This document shows positions 49,411 to 61,457 of a stretch of 64,000 nucleotides of DNA, one piece after another; the first letter of the stretch is position 1; every line of letters begins with the position of its first letter. The notes under the pieces were generated by a model. It ran no database searches, was not told the origin of the DNA, and worked only from the letters and a program-made list of their open reading frames with translations. A program made the translations under genes and the position numbers. This stretch comes from Azolla caroliniana (taxonomy: Eukaryota; Plantae; Polypodiophyta): assembly GCA_043228905.1 (NCBI GenBank), contig JBHGNT010000017.1, positions 7,440,001 to 7,504,000 of the forward strand. The letters are read 5' to 3'.

Positions 49411-51305
49411 GTTGATAGGTAATATGTCAAGCATATTACCCACATCACCATTATATACACTATAATACAATTGTCGGAAAGGATCACTCTTGTGCAAAAA
49501 GCTTTTGACGGTATTTGAGTCCTCAGGCACCTCTAACTCCTTTCCTTTTGTCATACGTTTCTCGTATTTAGCTCGTTCCAAATGGGTGATGAAGGCGCCA
49601 GGTATGCCTTCATTGTTGTCACTATTCTTCTTTGAACGAGGTGGTTTCTGTAATTATAAATTTTGTAAGAAGAAACCCATTATCCAAAAATCAATTAATA
49701 TTTGTAGAACATACATACCTATTCTCTAAACACGATAAAGAATTCTTCAAGAGCCTTGTAAGATGATGTTTTTGGGCAAGATTCCTCCACTTCTTCCCAC
49801 ATAGGTAGGGACAATTTTTTCATCATCAGCTCTTGAATCTTCATATACACCTTATGGCTAAAAGGTAAATGAAACTAAAATTAGAAAAAAGAACAAATCA
49901 ACAAAGCAATCAAATCAATATGATACATGCACATAGATGACTCACTTTTGAAACTCTGTGACCATTTCGTCAAGGCTAAACTCCCTGGCGGCCACTCTTG
50001 ATAATACAGATATCAATAATCTATCATCCTTAATTCCTTGTAGTGACTGCCTAGGAAGTAGCTTCATATCTTCAACTAACTCTTCAATTACTAAGTCACT
50101 TTTACGTTACTTAGATTTCATCTCCACCTGCGGGTCGAGGTTAGCCTTCTTTGATTTTTGACCCTATATTTCTTTACGCTCCCACATACGAAAAATGCGA
50201 TCTTGGAGGTCCCACACCTCCCCTGTTCTAAAGGCAAGTTGAAACCAGGAGTCATATTTTCTCAGGCCTTCAGACTTGGTGCTTTCGTCAACTGCTATCC
50301 CCACTTCAAGGAGACATTGTCGTCACAATCTAGGATGCAGTCGAGGACCCAATATTTGCAGCGCATCAAGATACTCATGATGGAAGAACCGGATGCGCTC
50401 GATACATGACATCTTTTGTCTATAGTCATTATCGTTGTTATGATCCCAAGCTAACAACTTGGCTTCTTCATGTGTAAAGCTTGCATACACTTTACATTTT
50501 GCATACTTGAAGAAAGGGGTAAGAGGATACTCCTTGACCAGTTGACGTCGGCCTTCAATAGAGTGGGATCCTCCAATCACATAGTATGTGTAGTCATCTG
50601 TCGAACTGTACTTGAAGTCAGCAACAGTAGGGGATTGATTTGGGTCGACCATTAGTAAGAATGGCACTATAGTCTCATGTGGATTAATCTTCATTTTGCT
50701 ATTTAAGTTCTACACATGCATTGAATGTGGCTCTCTAATTTCGAGAGCCCATCTTCCTGTCTCCGGATCGATGGGTGGCGATTGAATAGAGCAGATTGGT
50801 AAGTGAAATAATTGTCCTTTACGGACAAGCTTCGTCTTCACAATATTTTCTCTGATTTGGTTCTGCTCTGAGGTGAGTATCCCCGATGAAATGTGCCCCC
50901 CTAGAGGAATAGCTTCGAGCTTAGTTTCTTCCTCATCTTCTACAAACTCGAGGACCTCCGACTCGTCCTCTTCTGGTTTGCAACCTTTTCTTGTACTTCT
51001 TATTTTCCGGTTTGGACTTCTTGGAGGACTTTGGTGGGGTTGTTGTTTCTGTGAGCATCAACTCTCCCTTAATGTACGAGCGCAAAGCAACAATCAAGTT
51101 TTTTTTACTGAACATCCTTTTTTAGGGCTTTAGGGTGGCAGGGTCAGTTATGAAATTACGTTCATCGATTTTCATTGTGAAAAACCCCACCAAGTCAGTT
51201 ATGAAGATGTTCGATGAGTTGTTGTCTTCATATTCGATGCTCCATACGTAGACGTACGTGAATGTCTTTCCCACCTGTAACTTGCCTTCACCTTCAGACT
51301 TTGCA

Positions 51306-52132
51306 AGAATAAGGAGGTTCCCTTCTTTCTCGGCGTAGATCAATGTCCACTCCACTCTTCAAAGTCTTCGGCGTGTTACCAACAACAGACTTTGAAGTGT
51401 CGTCACCTCCTGACTCGATAAATGCTTTGCGAGAATCACCTTTAATCATATGGTGTTAGAAGGTCTTTTTGTTGGTTATGGAATTTTAAGTTTGAAGGAT
51501 GGCACCTTCTGTCGTCGCTCACTGAAAACAACAAGTCCTAACACAAGGATATAACAATAATGTTAATAATAAACAATATAGACCTCTTAACTAAGGTAAA
51601 AATGAGCAAAAATCATACGTTTTTGTATAGAATGTTACATAAAAAACTTGAAGAAATAGACCTAAAAACAGCAAAAAAAATTCACAAAATCTGATAAATT
51701 GATCATAAAAATCCCATGAGAATAAGGAGGTTCCCTTCTTTCTCGGCGTAGATCAATGTCCACTCCACTCTTCAAAGTCTTCGGCGTGTTACCAACAACA
51801 GACTTTGAAGTGTCGTCACCTCCTGACTCGATAAATGCTTTGCGAGAATCACCTTTAATCATATGGTGTTAGAAGGTCTTTTTGTTGGTTATGGAATTTT
51901 AAGTTTGAAGGATGGCACCTTCTGTCGTCGCTCACTGAAAACAACAAGTCCTAACACAAGGATATAACAATAATGTTAATAATAAACAATATAGACCTCT
52001 TAACTAAGGTAAAAATGAGCAAAAATCATACGTTTTTGTATAGAATGTTACATAAAAAACTTGAAGAAATAGACCTAAAAACAGCAAAAAAAATTCACAA
52101 AATCTGATAAATTGATCATAAAAATCCCATGA
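51306..52132. repeat. Apparently perfect ~413-bp tandem duplication (exon 2 start and intron 1 of the copy-2 cargo gene)
   Basis: GAATAAGGAGGTTCCC..AAAATCCCATGA occurs at ~51307 and ~51720. Confidence 0.92.
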
Positions 52133-52720
52133 TAGCAATACTCTTTCAACGGGAATTGAACTCAATGCAGTGCATCAAGTTTTTGTTGATGAACTCGATG
52201 CAGTGCACCTCTTTCATAGGGAACTCGTTGTAGTGCATCGAGTTCCAGTTGAAAGCAGTACTCTTTCAACAAGAACTCGATGGTGCATATCGAGTTCTCA
52301 TTGAAAGTAGTACACATCGATTATGGAAGCCAAAAATGAATAAAACAAAAAGGAATCTTTAAGGAATATTTTTGGAATCTAAAATGTTGGGTTGGAAAAC
52401 ATACTTGGCAATTTTCTTTCCCTTGTTCATGTTGATGTCAAAGATGTTTACTTGACCGGGGAGGCAAAAACTCGACGATTTTGGTTGTTTAGTGCTCTTG
52501 TGCTCTTGTGCTCTTCTTCTACTTGAACATGATAATGAGAAATAGAAGATGACTTCCCTTTATATAATTTTTATTTTGTATTTTCAAAATTATTTTTTAA
52601 AAAAATGTTTTTAAATTATTATTTTTTAAATAAAAAATATGTTTTTGGACATGGTGCTTATTATAGAACCAAGCTTGTGCCTATTTTGGACATGGTTTGT
52701 GTTACTTAGCCTTGACCAAA

Positions 52721-55090
52721 ATGTCTTCAAAGTCGAGTGAAAATTCTCTGTTTTCTATTGAGCCTATTATATTATCTGATAACTCCCTATTCTCAATCGA
52801 GGAATATAGCCATGTTAATAATAAAAGGTGTCATGTTAAGACCAACGACGATCAAGAGCAAAGCTCGAAGTCAATTTTTTCGATAGAGACATTAAACATA
52901 GGTAAAACAAGATATATTAAAGTAGATACAACTCATGTCAAGTCTAGTTTATCGAATGCTAACGATATAAATTTTCAAAGAGTTCATCGACAAGTGAGTG
53001 TTAAACGATATAAATTTTTTTGTTCGAATCGACAAATTTCAATTGACATATGCAAGGTATGTTCTGGGAGCCTTTGTCTATCAAAATATGGAAAGACAAA
53101 ACTATGGGGATTGCGACAAAAGTATATGTCTCTCAATGGTGACAAACAAGATACATTCTTGATTGCCAATATGCAACTTGTTAAGGACCATCTTTCACTT
53201 TTCACTTACTACGAAGAGTTGTCGAATTGCTTTTAAAATTGCTTATAGCATCGGGAACATGAGCCTACAGAGAATTCAACATCAATTACTAAAGGGGTGG
53301 TGGGTGCCTTTCAACAATAGAGAATCTTCATGTAAGGGACTGATTGGGCGACATGTTGTTAGATGGATGGAGATTTATTTCTTGAAGCAATGTGATGTTA
53401 TCCCCACCACTGGAAGGTTACATTTGTCAGATAACTTCACTCATCGTGAGGTATACCAAGCCTATAAGGATGACATGTTATTGGAAAGTGTAGCTTATAT
53501 ACAATATAGGCATTTCAATTGTTTATGGAGATCAAAGTTTAACAATGTGGTCCTACCCCGCAACGTTCGGATGGGTGTTTGTTCGATCTACGTGAGTTTA
53601 AAAAGCTTGGCAAAGAGTGGGACAACAGATGAAGAAATAACAAAATATAAGACTTTATTGAGAGAGCATCGAGAAAGCCAAGCATTGGAAAGATCTAAAG
53701 CTATGCACCATCGTCAAAAAGTTCTTCAACTGTGTTTGGTTACCTGAGCATGTTAGTAGACAAGGGTATTTTCAAAAATATTAAGGTCAACTTCTTGCTA
53801 GTTGGTCATACACACGATCACATAGATCAAATGTTTAGTAGGTTCTCCAAGAAAGTAGCGAGGTGCGATGCTTTCACACTGCTTGTGCTATCAAGGTTGG
53901 TTGTTGAAGCTTATACCCCCAAGCCAAATGTGCAAGATTTAGATGAAGTATATTATTTCAAGTGCTTCTGTTTGGATGGTGATGGGACTAGATGTAGGGT
54001 TCTTGCTCCGCATAATAATATGAGTTTTAACCACGTCTTCCTCATCCAAAAAGGTGTGGTTTGTCACAACCAGACCATGTTGTATGCCAAACAATACTCA
54101 TCTAGTTCGCAATGGGAGCCACAAGACGGATGTAGGCTCTTATTGCATTTCCCAGATGCAATAATCTATGGTGTTGAGCAAATTCCCTATGACGACCATA
54201 AAAGATTGGCTATTGGTAGTTCAATTAAAGAGCAAAAGATATATTGGATGTTGTGCCTTGAGGAAAAACAGAAAAATATTGAGCGAACCAAAAAGTACAT
54301 TGGCGATCAGGATGTGGAATGGTGGGATATCTTGGTTAATCATCAACATACAATATTAGATAACCACTTTAGAGCGTATTGGCCACTACAAAATCAATTC
54401 GAATGGGCGCTTGGTGGCCCATCAATGGCAAGCATGACTCCTTTACAACCATTAATCTTTAATCTAGTTCGTCCACGACAAAGAGATATTTACGTGGGAC
54501 CAAGATTGAGGTGGCAATGCAATCTACATGAGCTACAAGTTGGTATGTTGGTTGCAAAATTAGTTGGGGGTGATAAGTTCAGCCTTCCCTTATGGAGTGC
54601 CAAAATCATTGAAATTATTAAGGATGATGAAGGCAATCAAGTAAAGTCTATTATGGTTCATTGGTATCATACCTCTTCCGAAGATGCATTTACTGGGAAG
54701 TACTCTTTAGAGATAGTTAAGGATGTCGAAGGCACAAGCAGAAAATGAAGAAGAAAGAATCTACCAAGCATGTCTAGCCTAGCACTTGATAATGTCGACA
54801 TACTCGTGTATGACTTCTCCTTGACTAAAACAAGCCATCTAAGATAGACTACAATCAAGATAATAAAAGAGAAGATCCTAGATGTGCTCACTGATGCAAC
54901 ATAGAGACGAACAAGGAATATGTCTCATAATCACGATGATGTTGGATTGCAATTGGATGAAGACAATGCATTGGTTGCTAGTGATGATGAGGATGAGACC
55001 TTGCAAAGCTCTTCTAGTTCATCGGGTGGGTCTAAAGGGGAAGGCGTATCTCTGGGAAGTGATGGATCTCATATATGAAACGTAAATATT
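52721..55090 (+). pseudogene. Copy-2 Sola-like transposase, frameshifted, with the DGMDQ-ENKN segment deleted
   Basis: PTTGRLHLSDNFT, FLLVGHTHDHIDQMFS and WSAKII..MVHWY are collinear with 28167-30839. Confidence 0.88.
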
Positions 55091-57602
55091 GTATGTTACA
55101 TCAATATGGCAATTCACAAATATGTATAAATGTACATGTTAGTCATTTTGTAATTTTTGTATGTTCTCTTGTAAATTTCACGTGTCGATTATTAGGGGCA
55201 TTTTTTGAAAGCCCTAAATTTTTGGACATGGTATAAATCAATATATTTTGATTCAAGTTCCAAAACCCTTTACGCATGCAATGGTCCTCTTTGTGAAATG
55301 ACCTTCTTTGTGCCTTTTTTGGAAGGACTATTCTTAAATTGCGATATATTACCTTTTTCAAATGGCCTGTTGTTCTAAGCCTCTTAAGCATACTAAACTA
55401 CTTTATCATCATCTTCTACCTTCACATTAATAGAAGCAAGTGACTCACATATGTTCTTTATTTTCAGAGCATACTCATTGACTGAACTACTTTATCATCA
55501 TCTTCTACCTTCACATTAATAGGATCAAGTGACTCATGTATACTCTTTATTTTCTACTTTTTCCAAGGTATTTAGTTTAGTCTTCAACAAAAGTTTTCTT
55601 GCTTTTTGTGTTTACTGCAAACAGTTTCACCAAACTATCCCAAGATTCTTTTGGAAGCAAAGCATTTTGTATATGTACAAGCATCGAATTTGAGATGCTA
55701 AGTGATAACCAATGCAATACTTTGCTTGCCCCTTGATTCCAATCCTTAAATTCTTTGATTTGTGTAGCAATTGCATTTACTTCAGGTATCTCTCAAGCCG
55801 CTTCTAGGTTTCCTTCAATGTAATCCCAGTATCCTTTTCCCATCAAGAAATTTGTCATTCTGAATTTCCGCACAAGGAAATTGTTTTTATCTAGTTTTTT
55901 TGTGACTATTTGGCTTCCATTTTCATTTGCCATCTCTCTCTTTCAATTGAGGGCTTTAGCTACAATTAACTTCAACAAGAACCTCTTTAATTCAGATCAA
56001 CAAATGGACAAATTTTCTCAGATATGTACTGTTCTTCTTTATGGGCAACTCTGCTCTAATACCATGTTACGAAGGCACTACGACTCTTCTTAGTGCAACA
56101 ATGGATCATGATGTGCAGGATCATTTGTGTTCAAGGGAGAAAGAAAGGGGGAAGGAGACTCACCTCTGTAGCAGCCCAAAAACATTATGTTTCATTACAC
56201 AAAGAAAAAACCTCTCTCGTTTGTTTTCTTACTTTTCATCTCCTACTCTTTACCTAAGTATATTACTGACTTACATATTCAACTAAGTAGTTGTGAGTAG
56301 CTAAATAGTTGTGAATAACTAAATAGTTTTTTTACTTATATGTCTAATAGTCGTTAATTTCCTAGTATCTAGTATGGAAGATCTCAACTACCAATAAGCA
56401 TCACATTTCTTTTGTTGAGCTTGTTTCTTAACATGACCTACGGCTTCTCTGAGTGCCCGGAACACTTGTTCTTCTTCTGTTTCTTCTTCTCAGTCCCACA
56501 GGTTCTCCATCGGTTATCTGCCTCATTTTCTTGTTGATCAACCTAACCCGGTTGCTCCTACTCTTGTAGCTCGACCACTGCTTCCCTAACAACCGGCGTT
56601 CTGTCCATCGTTGGAACCAATACGTCATCTTGCTACTCGTTGTGACACATTCTTTTACGTCTCTAGAGAAGTTGCTCTTCCTCCTCCGGAGACTCCTCTT
56701 CATCTGTAGTATCCTGATGAGCTCCGCCAGACAGTTTTCCTTGCATTGGTTGTTTCCACTTCAACTTGATTCAAATGGGCTTTGAGGGTCCCGTTATTGC
56801 TCCCCGCATTGCGGCTAGGGGTGTTTCACCTTGTCGGGAATCCTCTCCAATCCAACCGGTAGTGTGTCAGGCCAATGGTTATTGCCATCTGGATTTTTGG
56901 TGTGGCGTTCCTGGAGCTTTCTTCCGCTTCTTTGGATTGAGGGTGAGTTGAATGGTCAGCCAATGGTCAACAACGATCCAAGCTTTCTTTCCATTTGCCA
57001 CCGCTGCGATTGTTGTCCGTAGTGAGTCTGTTGTGATTAATGGACAATCTACCCACAAACCTTCATAGGTGGCAATGATAAATACGGCTCGACTCTTGGG
57101 CATCGCTAGTGGTCGGGGATGCACGAAGCTGTATTCTAACAGAACCTTAGCGACGTCCCAAAATAGCTCATCCAGACCCCCTTGTGTTCAGTACGCCTTG
57201 TTCGCTATTGAGAACTCCCGAAGTACTAGTCTAATATGTCTGTGCCCGGATTCTCGACTGCTTGCAAGCCTCTAGATTGGAGCTCGATAATGGCCATGAT
57301 GGTGGCTTCTGAAATGGCCTCCACATCAATTGTCTTGGCTATTTTTCTAGTTCCTAATGGGGTGAGGCTTCTACGACCCGAATAAAGCGTTCGAGTGCAT
57401 TCTTGTCCAGCCAATCTCTTACTTCCGCGGGTAATTCCATCGAGCCTGTCTCTTCATCTTCGAGGGTACTTCAGACTTTCTTCGCTTGCGCTTCTACTTT
57501 GAGGGTGTTGCCTATGCTTTGATTCACTCTATTGTAGTGTGCTCGGGAAATTTTCCTATCTTTGAATGAGATGCCTTCACTTTTTCGGTGGTATTCTATT
57601 CC

Positions 57603-60600
57603 TGTCATGATATGGCTCCAAAAAGATTTGAACCCATGACATTATGTTACATAGGTTAAACCCTTACCATTAAAGTATGCATTATAATACGATATTGTTT
57701 TGATTTATTTTTTTACTATAGAAAATTCATGTATATTCCAGATTACTCTGGAACATTCTAGAAACTTCGGGAGTACGCCTGAAAGGACTATAAATAGAGG
57801 CACATGGCATTATTTAGAACCAATTCGGTTAAACGCCAGTCTTAAGTCTCCTAGTTGTTCTTGTATCCTTATTCATATCATATACTTCTTGTTGTCATCA
57901 TTCTCACTCTCTACGCTCTCTCTCTCTTTCTCTCTCTATTTCTCTCTCATGACTCTCACACACTCTTTCCCTTCTTAGTATTAATCCTCATTCTTCCCCT
58001 CTATATTCAATACTAATTCTCCCTCCCTCAAGTACTATCCCTTCCAGTTTGAAAGAAAATTTCTCTTCTTCTTATCCCTCCTTCCGTTCATACTAATCCT
58101 CTTATCCTTCCTTCCTCCAATACTAAATGGCAAATGTTATCGCTCAAGAATATCAATCCATTTTCTCAGAACTCCAATGCTTAAAAGAAAAGTTTGTACA
58201 AGCAGAACAAGAAAATCAATGTTTGTTGGGGGATCTTCAGCATATAGCTCTAGAAAAACAACAACAACATGGGGAGCTGACGTTACACATGCGACAACTT
58301 GAAGCAACTATTGTGTCAATGCAACAACAAGGACCAAGCACTCAAGGGACTCCCAAAGAACCCAAGATCGGTCTTCCTATTAAGTTGGATGGAAAGCGAT
58401 CATAGTTTAGAGGATTTTTTAATCAAGTACATTTGGTGATTCAAATGCATCCTTCTTGATATCCCACCGACGCGTCATGAGTGGTACTAGTAGGCATGCT
58501 ACTTAGTGGCACAACTTTGGCATGGTTCACCCCTTTGTTAGAAAAAGGTTTTCCTTTGTTTAATAATTTTGAGTTTATTATCGAGTTTAAAGCATGTTTT
58601 GGAGATACCAATAGCATTCGGACGACAATCAACAAAATCCGAAGACAATGTCAAGGTGATTGGTCGGCCTCAGCTTATGCTACGGATTTCTATCTTCCCG
58701 CCACTAATATTCCCTGGGATGACCAAGCATTGATAGAGCAATTTCGCTCAGGCTTGCGTAATGACGTCAAGGATTTACTGTTGATTTTCCCTAAAGAACC
58801 AAAGTCGCTCACAGAAGCAATCAGTCGAGCGGTACAATGCGATAACTGACTTTTCGAACGACTTCGGAATGTCAGTTCCAAATGCGAAGAACAAGATCAG
58901 AGCCCAGCTACGCCTCAGTTGTAGCAAAAACTTTTTCAAGGGAGTCACATAATTTGTCTCTAGAAAATACTCCAACACCAATGGAAATCGACAGTACACG
59001 TCGTCGTGGACCATTATCGGAAGAGGAAAAGCAACGATGCCGAACAAGTCGACTATGTCTATATTGCGGTGGACCGGGGCATATTGTAGTAAATTGTCCC
59101 CATAGGCCAAGAACACAGGTAAATCAAGTAATCGATAGTACTAAACCCAAGTCTATTTCATTAGGAGTGTCTAATAATCCGAGTAGCCTAAGTTTATTCA
59201 ACAAATTTGAAGTCCTTAGTCAACTAGGAGAAGAGTTAAACAATTGAGTCCAACTAAAACAGGAGTTGTTTGGTTGGACAACCTTGGATTTGTGCAGCCC
59301 ATTAGTTGTTTCGATTCCCTCAAAGCAAGTTAGCAAGGTGTTCTTAGCTCAAGTAGCAGTTAGTACTAAAAGTAATCCTCTAGTACATGTCTTAACACTC
59401 TTAGATTCCAGAGCCAATTCCTGCTTCATGGATAGGAATTTTGCCCAAGTTCATCAGATATCCCTAAGAAAGCTTCCTTGCCCAGCTTTCGTAGTAGTCG
59501 TTGATGGTCATCCCATTGCTTCCGGTAATATCGTGGAAGAGTTAGAGCCGGTTCGTGTTGTCCCAGAAATTTGGTGTGTGAAATATCATTTAATATAATT
59601 AGAAGTCTAGAGCATCCAATTGTCTTGGGGTTACCATGGTTTGAATTACACAACACCAAAATCGATTGGAGAACAAGAGAAATCAGGTATCGTCAACATC
59701 GAGGATCTACTCATAGAATTCCAACCATTTCGCTACATCTATTGCATGAGGAAGGATGCAAGGAACCAATGTTTGTATTCACATTATGAGTGAAACCTTC
59801 AAGTATCACTAAGGAGGAGACAACCATTCAACTTCCGAAGAAGTATCATCATTATGTGGATGTTTTTGACAAGGTAAAAACTAGTACTCTTCCTCAACAT
59901 CGACCGTATGCTTGTCCTATTGATTTACAACCAAGAAAAGAGCCATCGTGGGGACCAATCTACAACTTGTCACCAAGCAAGCTTGAAGTTATTCGAACCT
60001 ACATTGAGGAAAATCTAGCAAATGGGTTCATTCAACATTCAAAATCTCCAACCGGTGCACCCATTTTCTTTGTGAAGAAAAAGGATGGATCACTTTGCCT
60101 AGTCGTGGATTACCGTGGCTTGAATAGGGTCACCATTAGGAATAGGTATGCACTTCATTTGATCTCGAGTCTTCTAGAAAGGATTAATGGTGCAAAGCTT
60201 TTCACAAAGATCAACTTACGAGGAGCATATAACCTTGTATGGATCTGACCGGAAAATGAATGGAAGACAACATTTTGCACCCGATATGGGCACTTTGAAT
60301 ACACGGTTATGCCATTCAGCCTCACCAATGCACCAACAGTTTTCCAGCACATGGCAAATGATATATTTTGAGATATCTTGGACATCTGTTTGATCATCTA
60401 CTCGGATAATCTACTAGTTTATTCAAAGAGACATGAGGAGCATGATTGTCATGTAATATTAGTACTAAAATTACTACGAGAACATGATCTTTATGCAAAA
60501 CTGGAGAAGTGTAGTTTTGATTGTAAACAAGTGGAATTTCTAGGCTATGTCACCTCCTCGGAAGGAATCTCTATAGATCCAGCTAAGGTCCAAATTGTGT

Positions 60601-61457
60601 TAGAGTGGCAGAATCCACGTGCGTTGTGAGATGTGCAATGCTTTTTAGGTTTCGCAAATTTCTATACCAAGTTTATAAAGGACTACTCATAGCTTATTTG
60701 GCCTCTCAAACTACTTACAAAGAAGGGGCAATCATTTCTTTGGTCTAAGAAACTGGACACAGCTTTTGTGGATCTCAAGAAAGCATTTACATCGGCCCCT
60801 ATTCTAACTCATCTTGATCTGCAAAAAACTATTTATCATTGAGGCAGACGCGTCGGATTTCGCGCTCGGTAGTATTTCTCACAAGGCGACGATGAAAAGC
60901 TACGTCCTTTAGATTTCCACACTTGCGCAAATTTGATAGCGCCGAAATCAACTACGAGATACATGATGAGGAGCTATTAGCAATAGTGGACTCTTTTGCA
61001 CAATAGAGGCATTTCTTTTGTATTTAGTGATCACAAGAAACTTGCCTACTTCCAGAAGGCCCGTGTATTAAATAGACGAAAAGCTTGGTGGGCCAAATTC
61101 CTCATTCGTTTTGACATCAAGATGACATACCATCCAGGAAAGCAACAACAGAAGGCAAGTGCATTATCACGACGCTCGTATCTAACACCTTGTCCTATTG
61201 ATCCGACCTTCAAAAACCAAAAGCAAGTAATCTTGTGTTCGGCACGACTACAAGCAACGTTGGTTTTTGACACTCCATTAGATTCCCACCTTATGATACC
61301 ATACGTGAAAATTTGAAGACAGATGTTTTTGCTTAAGCTATTCTAGATCAAATTGATTCCTCTCGGGCATCCTGTTCACAGTCAAAACAACCAGGTACGA
61401 ATTATCAACAATTCGAATGTCATGATGGATTACTCTTCTTTAAGAAACTTTTGTATG
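57603..61457 (+). mobile_element. Ty3/Gypsy L (Tcn1/chromovirus-like), truncated by Copia M
   Basis: LTR start TGTCATGA. gag EPKIGLP..QFRSGL..PMEID..CLYCGGPGH. PR LLDSRA, RT FFVKKKDGSL, RH NYEIHDEELLAI. Confidence 0.88.

Larger units (their letters stand above)
47997..52430 (-). pseudogene. Copy-2 ParB-methyltransferase cargo gene, disrupted
   Basis: Same exon layout as copy 1 (26-nt exon 1 MNKGKKIA). YYVIGGSHSIEGR, NPYQKP, RNCVALEKDPDQ. The DIPY segment is replaced by a truncated LTR. The last codons lie beyond element K (~41557-41578). Confidence 0.85.
40747..55374. mobile_element. Sola-like TIR DNA transposon copy 2 (older, diverged), same two-gene architecture
   Basis: Degenerate TIRs AACACCGGGTCATTTAGATTAGGTAATATG (40747 onward) and ATATTACCTTTTTCAAATGGCCTGTTGTT (to 55374). 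TSD CTAA. Host Copia frame is restored on removal. Confidence 0.9.
37779..56433 (-). mobile_element. Ty1/Copia G, 3'-truncated, hosting DNA transposon copy 2
   Basis: 5' LTR at 56065-56433 (TGTTAAG..GTAACA), PBS TGGTATTAGAGC. gag at 55375-55930 continues at 40746 (CLRGL|GPQYK). Integrase HTDVWGP..SDGGGEY..PQQNGVAERKNR. RT KARLVAK, DYDETFAPV. Confidence 0.9.

Noticed and set aside
55395-55560. ~89-bp duplication in Copia gag
   Set aside because: Ordinary local duplication in a decayed element.
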